Origin: Octopus vulgaris
Lineage: Eukaryota
Length of the DNA: 64,000 nt
Reading direction: 5' to 3'
Assembly (NCBI GenBank): GCA_951406725.2
Contig: OX597832.1
Coordinates: 37,014,001 to 37,078,000 of the forward strand
Part shown: positions 1-12,702 of the stretch, piece after piece
Position numbering within the stretch: the first letter of the stretch is position 1
Layout: each line of letters starts with the position of its first letter
Notes under the pieces: model-generated
Databases searched by the model: none
What the model was told of the DNA's origin: nothing
The model's input: the letters and a program-made list of their open reading frames with translations, nothing else
Position numbers and translations under genes: made by a program

Positions 1-322
1 TTCTTTACCTGTAATCAAATCTTTATTGACTGAAAGAGGTGATAGCAAGTGGGGAAATTAATGATATAAACTAGTTATTAGATGTAATTTTGTAACAGAT
101 GTGGTAATAATGTTAAACTAAACATCTGTTCACAAGATGAAAATATAAATGTTAATGTGGATGATAAGTTTTGCAAATACTTTCAAAACAAAACTGCACT
201 GTTTTTTTCTGATTTACAAAACAACCAAACAAAGGAAGTTACCATACATATAACAAATGAACAGTTGTTGTTGTTGTTATTATTATTATCATTATTATTA
301 TTATTAGTAGTAGTAGTAGTAA

Positions 323-740
323 GGTAGCAAGCTGGCAGAATCATTAGCACACCAGGCAAAATGCTTAGTGGCGTTTCATCTAATTTTATGTTCTGAGTTC
401 AAATTCCACCATGGTTGACTTTAGCTTTTATCCACTTGGGGCTGATGAAATAATTACCAGTAAAGCACTGGGATCAATGTAATCAACTTATCCTCTCCCC
501 TAAAATTGCTGGCCTTGTGCCAAAATTTGAAATCATTAACAGAATTGTCAGCACACCAGGCAAAACACTTAGCAGCATTTCATTCGTCTCTACATTCTGC
601 GTTCAAATTCCGCTGAGGTCGACTTTGCCTTTCAGCCTTTCAGAGCCGATGAAATAAGTACCAGTTGCGCACTGGATTGATGTAATCAACTTACTCCCTC
701 CCCACAAAATTTCAGGCCTTGTGCCTTTAGTAGAAAGAAT
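323..740 (+). mobile_element. Two tandem decayed copies of tRNA-derived SINE family A
   Basis: Head AGCTGGCAGAATCATTAGCAC, B-box GAGTTCAAATTCC and core GTCGACTTTGCCTTTCA...TAAGTACCAGT; second copy is headless; flanked by (TTA)n. Confidence 0.85.
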
Positions 741-742
741 TA

Positions 743-774
<32 letters not shown>

Positions 775-939
775 GGTATCTCAAGTCGTCATTATGTAAT
801 TTTTGCTCTGTAAATTTTGTTGATTTTCACTTGTTTGCATAACATTCGTTAAAATTTTTTGTTACAAACTGTAAACAGAGTGCCATATACTGCCCACTGA
901 AAAGGTGACCCCATAACAAAGTGGGTGCACTGGACAGCA

Positions 940-1570
940 CTGCCCCCTCACTATTAAATGGTGCACCCTTAGTTTTAGAAAATACAGTTTACAAAAATCT
1001 TCCTGCAAGACATTTCTTGAAGTCTGACTAACTTTTCTTCTCAAACCAGAGCAAAAAATAATTTCAAAACAATGAACCAAAAAGATTGGTCAAAAATTCT
1101 CCAGGGAAATTATAAAATGGAGGAAGAAGTGATGCTGAATGAAAGAAAAAAATTATTTGGAAATTATAAACAGAAACAAATGGCAGATTCAGACTGTATT
1201 CTAAAATTAAAATTTAAAAAATTTTTTTAAAAAGCCAAAATTTTTAGGATTTAGGGGTGTCGGTGGGAGTGCGCGTGTGAATTAATTAAAAAATATTTTT
1301 TGCATAATTATATGAGATACAGCATGGAGAACACAAATTGGCAAAAATTTTCTGAAAATACTAAAACATGACAAAATTGGTGTGCTTCAATCAGAAGTCT
1401 ACGAATTGATGAAATTGTTACATAATTTTTCAGTGATACTTTTTTCTAAACTTCACTTGAACATTATTACAAATTAGTGCCCATCCAGAATGTTCTGAAA
1501 TACTCCCAAGTACCAAAGTCTGGCGATGTTCCTGTTTGGGCCATAGGCCCAAATACTGCAATTCTATTTT
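940..1570. mobile_element. Unclassified interspersed repeat; longer relative of the element at 45185-45715
   Basis: AACATTATTACAAATTAGTGCCCATCC...CCAAAGTCTGGC and CTCACTATTAAATGGTGCACCCT match the reverse complement of the sequences flanking the Helitron at 45.2-45.7 kb. Confidence 0.65.
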
Positions 1571-1885
1571 CAAAGTTCACCCCGCAAAAAATCCTAAAAA
1601 AAGAAAAGAAGAAAGGAGGCAAACAGCACCCCCACCCCACTCCCCTTTCAGAGAAAGGGAAGAATGAAAGCAAAAATCCACATGAAGAAAATAATGCAAA
1701 TTTCTGTGAATAACAACCAGAAATCAAAAGTGAATAACATCACCACCATCATAACCACTACCAATGTCACCAGGGTTACCACTACCATGACTACAGACAG
1801 CAAAATGATCCTCACCAGCAACAGCTACAACAGCAAATCAGCAAAGGAAACACAAGAGACAAATTTCCTGCTGCTAAAAGTTTCA

Positions 1886-2120
1886 TATTTCTTTATTGCC
1901 CGCACAATAAGGAAACACAGAGGGGACAAACAAGGACAAACAAAGGGATTAAATCAATTACATCGACGACCCCAGTGCATAACTGGTACTTAATTTATCG
2001 ACCCCGAAAGGATGAAAGGTAAAGCCAACCTCGGCGGAATTTGAACTCAAAACGTAACAGCAGATGAAATACCGCTCAGCATTTCGCCCGGCCTGCTAAC
2101 GTTTCTGCCAGCTCGTCACC
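1886..2120 (-). mobile_element. SINE family A, full length
   Basis: Reverse complement of the GGCGGCGAGCTGGCAGAAACGTTAGC...GGTAATAAAGAAATA consensus seen at 29826 and 55148. Confidence 0.9.
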
Positions 2121-2528
2121 GTACTAAAAGTTTCAATGCTGTTGGGGCCTTTACTGAGTGGGAGGAGCTACAAATTGTTTAAAAGAATAATCAGAAAGTA
2201 GATTGTTAGTGTTTCCATTATCTTATTATGATCGTTTCAGTAGCAAAAATCAATAATCAATAATTAGAACATATATTTATAATCAACCACCTCATCAGAT
2301 GGCATTGTAAAATAGCACGACATTTCAATAGGCCAACTGCTAAGGTGGTTCATTATCACAATAATAATGTGTAGTAATTACGGATAACTGAGAATTGATT
2401 AAACGAAACGAACATAAATGAATAATTGAAATATCAAGAATCTGCTTTCAGGTTCTTTTAAACTATATTTATATCTATCTCTCTCTCTCACACACGCACG
2501 CACACACACACATGTGTGTGTCTATGCG

Positions 2529-2647
2529 TGATTGTTTATTTTTTGAATGACATTGTAGAGTAGGTGTGAAAGGCCAGAAATGGCTAATCTGAACATAAAA
2601 CAGAATATTTGAGCCTAATGTGGCTGGTTTAAATGCTAAAAGGTTAC
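2529..2647 (-). mobile_element. Fragment of the TTAA-type MITE family seen at 50052-50261
   Basis: GCTGGTTTAAATGCTAAAAGGTTA end and internal TTTGAATGACATTGTAG match the reverse complement of the 50 kb copy. Confidence 0.65.
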
Positions 2648-2824
2648 TGGGTGACTGAGCTGACCAGACATACCTGGTCAAGTGAGCAAGTATCTGGGTT
2701 TCTGAAGCAGTTCGGATTAAGAATTTTGCTTGGATTAAGTGAGATTATGCTTTTCACACTTGGGTCACTACAGTACCAAACTTTTGTCTCTTGAAGATTT
2801 TCTTAAATACATCACCGTGACCGT

Positions 2825-3030
2825 CATTGTCGTCATCATCATTTATCCATGCATTTTTCATGCTTGCATGGGTTGGACAGGTCTTCTCCAACTCAGCATC
2901 ATGGCACTTCTTTTATCATCTCCTTTGGGAAGTCCAACAGCCATGAGATCAGCTTCCATCACCTTTGCTTATGTCTTCAACTCGGATCTCCTGGCAATCA
3001 CTTTTCTCAACTCTCATCGTCCATATCCTC
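2825..3030 (-). mobile_element. Decayed RTE-LINE 3' end
   Basis: CATGCTTGCATGGGTTGGAC 3' UTR motif shared with other copies; minus translation LKT*AKVMEADLMAVGL resembles the RTE C-terminus. Confidence 0.55.
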
Positions 3031-3121
3031 TACAAGTCCATAACAACACAGTGCTGGTGGTAACGGTGCTAGTGGTGATGTTGTTGTTAATGGTGGTGGT
3101 ATTGGTGGTGGTAATTGTAGG

Positions 3122-3337
3122 GTGGCGAGCTGGCAGAATTGTTAGCACGCCGGGTGTTTCGTCTGCCGTTACGTTCTGAGTTCAAATTCCGCCGAGGTCG
3201 AGTTTACCTATCATCCTTTCAGGGTTGATAAATTAAGTACCAGTTATGCACTGGGGTCGATATAATCGACTTAATCCGTTTGTCTGTCCTTGTTTGTCCC
3301 CTCTGTGTTTAGCCCCTTGTGGGTAGTAAAGAAATAG
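3122..3337 (+). mobile_element. SINE family A
   Basis: GGTGGCGAGCTGGCAGAA head, GAGTTCAAATTCC B-box, GGGTAGTAAAGAAATA tail. Confidence 0.9.
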
Positions 3338-4036
3338 GTGGTGGTCGTGATAATGATGATGATGCATCTTAATGAAATCAGTGACAAAAACTAAATTGCT
3401 CATGGTCATCTACTTAAGTCGTTAATGTCCACAGAACCACTGACCAGTCAAATGTTCTGCTGGTCATTATTGATACATAAAAACTGATTCAATCAACAAA
3501 TTATCAAATCTTTGTAAATAAGCTTCTCTAATTAGCCACCCACTCCCGCATGCCATTCATTAACTGCTCCTGGCTGTTTAGTGGTCAAGCTCACTGATTA
3601 AGTATTCACTGTGACAATTCATTAGCCATATTGCGTTGATTACTTACTTAAGTTCACTTCTGTGGTCAATAATAACAAAGTAATCACCTTAAATGTCAGT
3701 AATTAACATATACTAATTAACAGTTTATGAAGGTCAATGACCAACAGATTCTCCTTTTTAAAGCCATTGGTCTATAATCACTGCTAATTAACAAATACAA
3801 TGTAGATATTAACTCCTTCTCATTAACAATTGTGGAGTTAGAGGTTTAATTAGCAATTTTTATCTTTTACTTGTTTCCCTCATTAGGCTGCAGCTATACA
3901 GGGGCGCCCTCTTGAAGGATCTAGTAAAAAAAAAAATCAACCCCAGGACTTATTTTAAAGTCTGGTATTTATTCTATTAATCTCTTTTTTCTGAACTGCT
4001 AAGTTATGGGGGACATAAGCAAATCAATGTGACGGT

Positions 4037-4355
4037 ATGTGGCCTAGTGGTTAGGGTATTCTGCTCACGATTGCAGTGTCATGGGTTCAATTCTCAGTGA
4101 TGCATTGTGTCCTTGAGCAAGACATTTTATTTCACATTACTCCAGTCCACTCAGCTGGCAAAAATGAGTTGTACCTGTATTTGAAAGGGCCAACCTTGTC
4201 ACATTCTGTGTCATGCTGAATCTCCCCAAGAACTACATTAAGGGTATGCATGTCTGTGGAGCGCTCAGCCACTTGCATGTTAATTTTACAAGCTTCCTGT
4301 TCTGTTGATCGGATCAACTGGAACCCTCGTTATCAACGGAGCGAAACAAACCAAC
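4037..4355 (+). mobile_element. tRNA-derived SINE with CORE-like central domain (family C)
   Basis: A-box GTGGCCTAGTGGTTAG, B-box GGTTCAATTC, then TGTGTCCTTGAGCAAGACA...CTCCAGTCCACTCAGCTG. Confidence 0.8.
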
Positions 4356-5824
4356 GTTGGTTGCCAAAAAGTAGGGAAACAAACACAAACATGGACACAT
4401 CCCTACATTGCTGTCACCCCACTTGTCATCACCATGGTCAGCAGCTCACTGCCATCCACATGCTGTCATCATAAAGCTCTCTCCATTGTCATCATTACAC
4501 TGTCATCACTTTGCTGTCATCACCCTACTGTTATCACTGCCATCACTGCTACCAACTACTTGATCACTCAACCTGCTAGAAATAACAGCCACACCTCTCT
4601 CAAAATACACACCCTACTGTCTTAAAAAGAGAAGAAACACATTCTGTGCAGTGGTTTGAAAAGATGGGATGCCTTTCATTTTGGGGTCTGTTGGATTAGT
4701 GCTGACAGGACCAATGACAGGATGGTCATCGCTGGAATACCTTGAAAATGAGGGTGGTGGTGATGAGGATGATGATAACACTGATTATGATGATGACAAT
4801 GAAGAAGAGGATAATGATGATGATGATAATAATGATGATGATTAGGAGTAGCATGATGGCAATGGTGGATACGATGAAGGGGTAGAGGAGAAACGATGAT
4901 GATGATGATAAAGAGGAGGAGGATAGCGGCAGTGGTGGTGGGTGATGTTTAGCGGAAATGTACAGCAATAAAACACCATTTATCACTGCATCAAAAATCT
5001 CAAAGAAAGACCCATTAATTCCTCAGTTTCAATTTAATAAGACTTTCAAACAGACGCCATTCATTTAGTTGTCGACTGAAGAAGAAATTCGGATAAAATG
5101 TGAGGTCGGGGGTGAGATACATTTACGAAATTACAGTGCAACACTGAATAGATATCGCAAAACTTTTCATTAATGAGAAACATGTGACAAATATGAGAAT
5201 TAATCTTTCCCCCAGTTAATTTACTTCATTAATTGTTAATGTCTGACCTACAGCCACACTAAATCGCCTGTTTGGATAATTCCAGACTAAAATTAGCTCC
5301 ACATCAGACTCATTATATTACTTTGACATTTAAATTACACCTCTTCTTACTTTGTTTTTTTTACCTCATTCCTTCCACCTCAAGCACATTCTCCTTCTAC
5401 TACTGCTCCTTCTACTACTGCTCCTGCTGCTACTACTACTAATACTACTACTACTACTAATACTGCTGCTACTACTACTACTACAAGCAGCATAGGTTTT
5501 GATACTGGATGAGGAAAATAATTGTTTCTTATCATGATGTTTGCAGATTTCAGACAGACAAGAACTTCTCTTGATGCAAATGAAAGAGTTGGATGAAGGA
5601 GATGCAATGTAGACAGTTGATCTGCTAGAAATAACAGGCTTACTGCCTTCAAATTACACTCTACTGGATAGCTGATGTTGTATATAGCATTAAATCTAAA
5701 TAATGTATATAGCAGTTCTTTACCAATAAAAGTTCCCCAATAGAGAGAGGGAGCAAGACTCCCTAAGGCAATATGAAGGGAAACCTCATAAAAATGCTAG
5801 GATTACTCAGTCAGAATATATATT

Positions 5825-6190
5825 CATCATCATCATTTAATGTCCATTTTCCATGCTAGCATGGGTTGGATGCTTTGACAGGAGCTGGCCAACCGGAAAG
5901 CTGTCCAAGCTCCAATTGTCTGTTATAGCATGGTTTCTATGGCTGGATGCCCTTCTTAATTCCAACCACTTAACAGAGTGTACTGGGGGCATTTTATGTG
6001 CCACCAGCACAAATGCATTTATGCAATGCCACTGACATGAGTGCATCTGACATGGCACCAGCACAAGTGAAGGACACACCTGTATGTATGGACGACTGCA
6101 ATTTTACTTAGCTTGGCACATTTTTTTCAAGTACAACAAATCCCCACAACTCTCTGTCCCTTGTCCCCTTTCCTCGGTGAGGCCCAAATG
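5825..6190 (-). mobile_element. RTE-LINE 3' UTR fragment with (ATG)n tail
   Basis: CATCATCATTTAATGTCC...CATGCTAGCATGGGTTGGA...GCTGGATGCCCTTC shared with the 14797 copy. Confidence 0.8.
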
Positions 6191-6224
6191 TAAGATGGAA
6201 TGGTCAAGGATAAAACAAATCACT

Positions 6225-6320
6225 AAGTTATGGGGACTCAAACACACCAACACCAGTAGTCAAGTGGTGGTGGTAGTGGTGGTTTTGGGGGTGGGGTGAC
6301 AAACACAAAGACACACACAC

Positions 6321-6362
<42 letters not shown>

Positions 6363-6530
6363 CTATAAATACAACAGGCTTCTGTCTGTTTTCATCTACC
6401 AACTCCATTCAAAAGGCTTTGGTTGGCCTGAGGCTATAACAGAAGACGTTTGCCCAAGATGCCAAACTGTGGAACTGAACCCAGAACCATGTGGTCAAGA
6501 AGCAAGCTTCTTACCACACAGCCATGCCTG
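6225..6530 (-). mobile_element. SINE family B (internal microsatellite), partial
   Basis: CTTCTTACCACACAGCCATGCC head in reverse; internal (TA)n. Confidence 0.8.
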
Positions 6531-7548
6531 CATCAGAGTGAAAGGTAGACTGTATGATGCTTGTGTGTGAACGGCTTATACTCCATGATGGTGAGACATG
6601 GGATCTGAATGCAGAAGACACTGGAGAGAAATGAAAGTAGCAAGTTCCGTTGGATGTGCAACATGAGTGCACATGTATCACAAAGTGCAAATGTATAGAG
6701 AGAAAAGGTTGGGCAGAGGAGGAATCAAATGCTGTATGCAAGAGGTAAAAGTTGGGTTGGACATGTGATATGTATGAATGAGGACAGTTGTATAAAGAAG
6801 TGCTGATTACTGAGAGTGGATGGTACCCATGGAAGACGGGGAACCAGGAAGACATGGGATGAAGTGGTGAGGACTGATCTCAGAATGTTGGGCCTCAAGG
6901 AGATGACAATGGAACGAGATGTCTGGCAATATGAGGTTCTTGAGAAGACCCACCCATGCCAGTGAAACTGAGTTCCACAAGCACCGCGTATCCCACCCAC
7001 CTGTAACAAGAAAACTTTTCACACACCCTACCACAACAAACTAACCTATATCCCTTCTCTTCCTTCATGCACTATGCTTACCTCTCACTCCTCAATCCTG
7101 TCCTCATGGCCTTGTTCACTGTATCATCGTTATCCGGTAGCTCTCCCCCCACTCCCACCATCTCTCTCTCTCCAGCCAGGTAACCATGTACCTCCCCTAC
7201 AGCAAGGCACCTGTTTCTGTCTCACTATAACCTTTCATCAGCTGACACAAGATCACCTCCTCCAATGCCCCCTCTCCTCTAAATGGATTTTTGTCTTGCA
7301 AGAGACCCTGTCAGTGCTGATGCCACACTTTAAAGTGGTTGGCATTTGGAAAGGCATCTAGCTGTAAGCACCTTGCCCAAACTGACCTCACCTATGCTTG
7401 TGAAACGTAAAAAGCATTCAGTCCATTCTGGTGGGTGGTTGGTGTTAGGAAGAGCATCCAGCCATAAAAAAACCCTGCCAAAACACTCAGAAGTCTGCTG
7501 CAGGCTCCTACCTGGCCAACCCCTGTCAAACCTTCCAACCCATGCCAC
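6530..7548 (+). mobile_element. Decayed RTE-LINE C-terminal ORF remnant and 3' UTR
   Basis: Translation RVKGRLYDACV*TAYTP...RRGTRKTWDEVVRTDLRMLGL parallels the 15655-16221 ORF; 3' UTR motif TTAGGAAGAGCATCCAGC. Confidence 0.8.
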
Positions 7549-7646
7549 ACTGTCACATCTAAGGCATCAAAATGGCCTTTCCCCTGTTCTTTCCTCCTAC
7601 AGAGAAACTCAAACTTGGGGTTGGTCCATTCAAGCTATTCTTACCT

Positions 7647-7795
7647 AAGGTAACTCGTTTCTACAGCTGAGTGAATAGGAGCAATGCAAAATAAAGTGTC
7701 TTGCTCAAGAACAACACACGGCCCAGTCCACGAACTGATCTTACAACCTCATGATTGTGAGCCGAATGCTCTAACCACTGAGCCATGCACCTTCA
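7647..7795 (-). mobile_element. SINE family C head and core
   Basis: CTACAGCTGAGTG...GTGTCTTGCTCAAGAACA...CTCTAACCACTGAGCCATGCACC. Confidence 0.8.
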
Positions 7796-9339
7796 CAGAT
7801 ACCTTTTAATCAGCTCTATAAACACCCTGTACCTTCCACAAGAACTGGTTTGAGCTGTATCCAAAATAGTCAGACCAGTAATCCTTTCTGCTATAAGCAC
7901 AAGGCTTGACATCTTCAGGGGAGGAGGCTGGCCAATTACATCAACCCCAGTATGCAACTGGTACTTACCTCATTGACACCAAAATGATGATGGGCAGAAT
8001 TTGAACTCAGAATGCAAAACCGGAAGAAATGCTACGAAGTATCTTGTCCGGCATAATCTGTTATTCTGTGAGCTTTCTACTTTATATTCAGATCAATAAT
8101 GATCAATACTCAGTAAAAATTGACAACCAATTGGCTTTATTATTGATTTAACAGTAGGAATATACCAAGTTCTGGTCAATAAATGACACTGAATTCTTCT
8201 TCAATAACCAATATTTCTTCATATTGGAATTAGTTGAGATTATGGGACAGATTATAAGAGGATGCCAGCTAGTGTGTGTGAGAGAGAGAAACAAAACAGA
8301 GAGAAAGACAGACAGACAGACGTGAGGAGTGGTGGTGGGAGATTATCTTTCACGGAATGGATTAATAATAATGTATTTCTTTCATTCATTCATTTTCTTC
8401 ATAGCATTCCTCCCTTTTTCTTTTCTTTCCTTCATTGCTTCTTTCTGAAATTCACTTTTCCCTTCCACATTTCTTTCTTACCACTTTTCATCACCTCCAT
8501 CAATCTATAATGTTATACGTATATAAATCATCATCACCATCCTCCTCCTCATCATCATCCATATATTATTTTATCTGTTTCAGTCAGTTTACTGTGGCCA
8601 TGTTGGAGCACTGCCTTGAAGGGTTTTAGTTGAACAAATTGACCCCAAGATTTATTTTTTAAAGCCTAGTACTTATTCTATTGGTCTCTTTTGCAAAACT
8701 GCTACATTAAAGGGACATAAACAAACCAACATTGATTGTCAAGCTGTAAGGGGGAACAAACACAAGCACAATGACACACACACACACACAAACACAAACA
8801 CATATACGATGAGCTTTTTGGGGGTTTCTATCTATCAAATCCAAATGTGGTTGGGAAGCAAGTTGCCTGCACCTATATCTAAATACATCTTTCTTCCTTT
8901 TTCCCTTCTGCCTCTATAAGTTTTTTTGGTTTTTTTTTAATACAAATATTAAGATTTCTGGTGTTGTTCAAAGACAAACCAGCCATTTATATTGTTAGCA
9001 GTATTCACTGATTTGGTGGTGCCGGCGGTTTTAGAAACAACCCTTCTGTGACAGCAGCTAACCCCAGCTGACCTCAGCTGGCCCACAGGTAACCTTTAAC
9101 AATACATGTTGTGTGTAAAATATACTTTGTCTGAAAAATAAAAATGGCCTGGTTTTGATTGAACAAAACTAATGCCTGAGAGCATAAACAACATCATAGA
9201 AGTTGGTAAAAGACGATTAATCGTTCAAAAGATGGTTTATAAAAATAGTCCGTTTATTCCTGTCGGCTTTTCAACATGTTTATTGCTTTCAGTTGTTGGG
9301 TTTTGAGACCAAACCCACTCCACACGGTTTTGTTTATAG

Positions 9340-9668
9340 CAATGGGTCTATATGACCCTAGGGGTTCATTGTGGGTCTATGCGAGCAAAATAGTAAACTG
9401 GGGAGTCACAGTTGTATATTAAGGGTCCTTGAAAAAATTTTTGATTTAGATGTATGGATTGGTATGTATTACACGAAACAGTTAGGTTTTTCCCCCCAAC
9501 ATTTTACACAGTTCAGCCTACACAAGGGAATGTGTGAAAAACAAAATAGGAATTTTGAAAGAAGTTTCTATAAAACTAGTTTTTAAGCATCGAATGGCCG
9601 TGGGGGTCACCAGAATAAAATAGTAAACGAGTGGGTCCACAGGTGAAAAAAAAGGTTGAGAGTCATTG
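9340..9668. mobile_element. hAT-type MITE with perfect 8-bp TSD
   Basis: GTTTATAG duplicated at 9332-9339 and 9669-9676; ends CAATGG...GGTTGAGAGTCATTG; related to 54612-54934. Confidence 0.85.
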
Positions 9669-9794
9669 GTTTATAGCGTACAGAAGATTCACTCGGTTGA
9701 ACATTTCAGAGTTGTGTCCCTTGGTTGTCATTCTTGCGTTTTAAAAATCGTTGCCAGGGATTTCAGTGTCTGACAGTAATTAGATAATTTTTTA

Positions 9795-10200
9795 TCAATT
9801 ATTTGCTTCCATCATTGGATTGTGGCTACTGTGGGGCATCGCCTGAAAGGGTTTAGTCAAATAAATCGATCCCAGGACTTATTTTTTAATCTGGTACTTC
9901 TCCCATTGGTCCCTTTGGCCAAACTGCTAAGTTACGCGAATGTAGAATATATCAACACTGGTTGTCAAGTGGTGGTGGTGGTGGTGGGGGGGGAGAAACA
10001 AACACAAATACACACACACACACAGATATATATATACACATATACACGATGGGCTGCAACACAGTTTGCATCTACCAGATTTATGCACAAAGCATTGGTC
10101 AAGCAGGGGCCATAGCAGAAAACAAATACTGTACAGTGGGATTGAACCTGAAAAGGTGTGGTTGCAAAGCAAACTCCTTAACCACACAACCATGCCTGTG
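9795..10200 (-). mobile_element. SINE family B, decayed
   Basis: Reverse of the family B body, with internal CA/TA microsatellite. Confidence 0.75.
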
Positions 10201-10261
10201 TATCATCTCAAATAAATTCCTTCAATTTGCAAGGTTCGACTGTATTTGTAATTTGTAAGTA

Positions 10262-10640
10262 CAGACATAGTGTAGGCATGGTAAGAAGCTTGCTTTCCAA
10301 CCACAATGGTTCCAGGTTCAGTCCCACTGCATGGCACCAGGGGCAAGTGCCTTCTACTACAGCCTTGGGCCAACCAAAGCCTTGTGAATGGATTTGGTAG
10401 ACAGAAACTGGAAGAAGCCCATCGTGTGTGTGTGTGTGTGTGTGCGCCCCACCACCACTTGACAGCTGGTGTTAGTGTGTTTATGTCCCCGCAGCTTAGT
10501 GGTTTGGCAAAAGAGAGTGATGGAATAAATACCAGGTTATTTAAAAAAAGTACTGGGGTCGATTCATTCAACTAAACAAATTCTCCAAGGCAGTGCTCCA
10601 GCATGGCCACAGTCTAGTGACCGAAACAAGTGAAAGATGA
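10262..10640 (+). mobile_element. SINE family B
   Basis: GGTAAGAAGCTTGCTTTCCAACCAC...GGTTCAGTCCCACTGC; internal (TG)n; GTGCTCCAGCATGGCCACAGTC...GAAACAAGT end. Confidence 0.85.
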
Positions 10641-10979
10641 CAGATAAAACAATGTAGTTCTAGATACATTATGTCTGAATAAAAGATAGGATGGTTATAG
10701 CAGGAATGTCTTTGGTTATTGATCTGTTGAATCAATACTGAAATGAACCCATGAAGAAATTTCTGCATGGTCTCTAGATCTGCTAGACATAACAGCCACA
10801 TACATTTTCAAATGACATTCCAGCATCAAAAGAAAAAAATGCTTATATACTGTAGCCTTTGATAATTTGAAAGACAGGACAGTCATGGCTGAATCACCTT
10901 TTCATAGGTCTACTACATCAAGGTTGACCTGTGGCTCCAACAACGATTTTCCAGAACATCTGCTTCCAAAGCTTTTATG

Positions 10980-11383
10980 GAATGGAGAGAACTTGTGGAA
11001 GAAGTGGACCCAGGAAGACGTGAGACAAGATGGTGAAATGGGATCTTCGGATGTTGAGTCTCACAGAGGAGATGACAAGTGACCGAGACTCCTGGAGAAT
11101 TGCTGTGCTTGAGAAGACATCAAGCTAAATAAACCGTGATTGTAGCCAGGACTGGTGACACATGAAAGGCACCTATGCCAGTGACTCATAGAAGGCACCT
11201 GTGCCAGTGATATGTAAAAGACACCCAGTATACTCTGTGGAGTGGTGGTGTTAGGAAGGGCACACAGTCATAGAAACCAAGCCAAAACAGACTGGAGTCT
11301 GGTGCTATTCTCTGGCTTATCAGCTTGATTCAAACCGTCTATCCCATGCCAGTATGGAAAACAGAGGTTAAATGATGATGATG
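10980..11383 (+). mobile_element. RTE-LINE 3' end with (ATG)n tail
   Basis: GRSGPRKT* like C-terminus, TTAGGAAGGGCA motif, ends GTTAAATGATGATGATG. Confidence 0.75.
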
Positions 11384-11796
11384 ACTTCCTTATACCTTGA
11401 GGATACGCCCTGGTACATCACTACCATCTTCTCTCTCTCTGACTGGGGCAATCATATATATTTTCTTCAGCAAGACACTTGTTTCTGTTCCTCCATCATA
11501 GTTTAAACTCTTATCACTTGAAACAAGGCCACCTTCCAATATTACTTCCCATCTCAATTGAGGAGTCTTTGCTTTGCAAATTACTTGGTGACCTCACAAG
11601 TGTTGGTGCCATGTACAAAGCCCTCAGTACACTCTGTTGAATGGTTGGCGTTAGGAAGGGCATCCAGCCATACAAACACCAACTCATATCAAATTGCCCA
11701 GACTACGCCAGTATGGGAAACGAAAGTTAAACGTTAGTGATGATGATGATATATATAATATAATACAATATCATTAACATACAATACAATAAGTGA

Positions 11797-12128
11797 AGGT
11801 GCATGGCTTAGTGGTTAGAGTGTCTGGCTCACAATCATGTGGTTGCGGGTTCGCTTCCTGGACTGGGCTGTGTGTTGCGTTCTTGAGCAGAGCAATTTAT
11901 TTCACATTGTTCCAGTTCACTCAGCTGTAGAAATGAGTTGCAACGTTACTGGTGCCAAGCTGTATCGGCCTTTCTCTTGGATAACATCAATGGTGTGGAG
12001 AGGAGATGTTGTCATGCACGAGGACTGCTGGTCTGCCATAAAAAAACAACCCTGTCCGGACTTGTGTCTCGGAGGGTAACTTTCTGGGTGCAATTTCATG
12101 GTCATTCATGATCGAAGGGGCTCTTTTA
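11797..12128 (+). mobile_element. SINE family C variant
   Basis: GCATGGCTTAGTGGTTAGAG head, CORE-like block; body matches the reverse complement of 49735-50015. Confidence 0.8.
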
Positions 12129-12702
12129 CAATATAATATAAAAAACAGAAAGACATTGCATTGTGTCTGTCCGTATCTAATGCCTCTTTACTGTGACCCT
12201 TCTTTTTTGCTGTGTGTATATGTCTGTCTCCCTCTCAATTATACTTAAAAAACCTGTAATCAGAGGCCATTTTTGTCGCGAGCATTATACCACTTTGTGT
12301 ATCAGGACAACATTGTTAAATATGTCCTATACTTAACACGTTAGGATATCATTTGAGGGATATCTGGCTGCTACTTCAAGCACATCGAATAACCAACCAC
12401 AGAGCGATTCTCATCGAGGCAAACTATTATTTCACACGGAGTTATGTCCCTTGAATTTTCCTTGGTGGGGGAAATATCTGATCGAAGGGAAATAACTCTT
12501 GTCACACTTATTCGCATAGCCATTCAACTCAATCAAATAAAATTTGCTCACTTCATTAGCAACGATAATCACTTGGTTCCGTGAGGAGTTTTTTTTTATT
12601 TACTCTTCCCTCTGCTTTACTTTGTTTTTCCTAAAATCTTTATCTGAAGAAAAATTGTCCTCAGATTTTATTTGTTATTCAGAATCTGTAAGAAGGAAAA
12701 AG

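Noticed and set aside
4726-5652. Hydrophobic poly-Ile/poly-Val ORFs suggesting membrane proteins
   Set aside because: They arise from (GAT)n and (CTA)n trinucleotide tracts.
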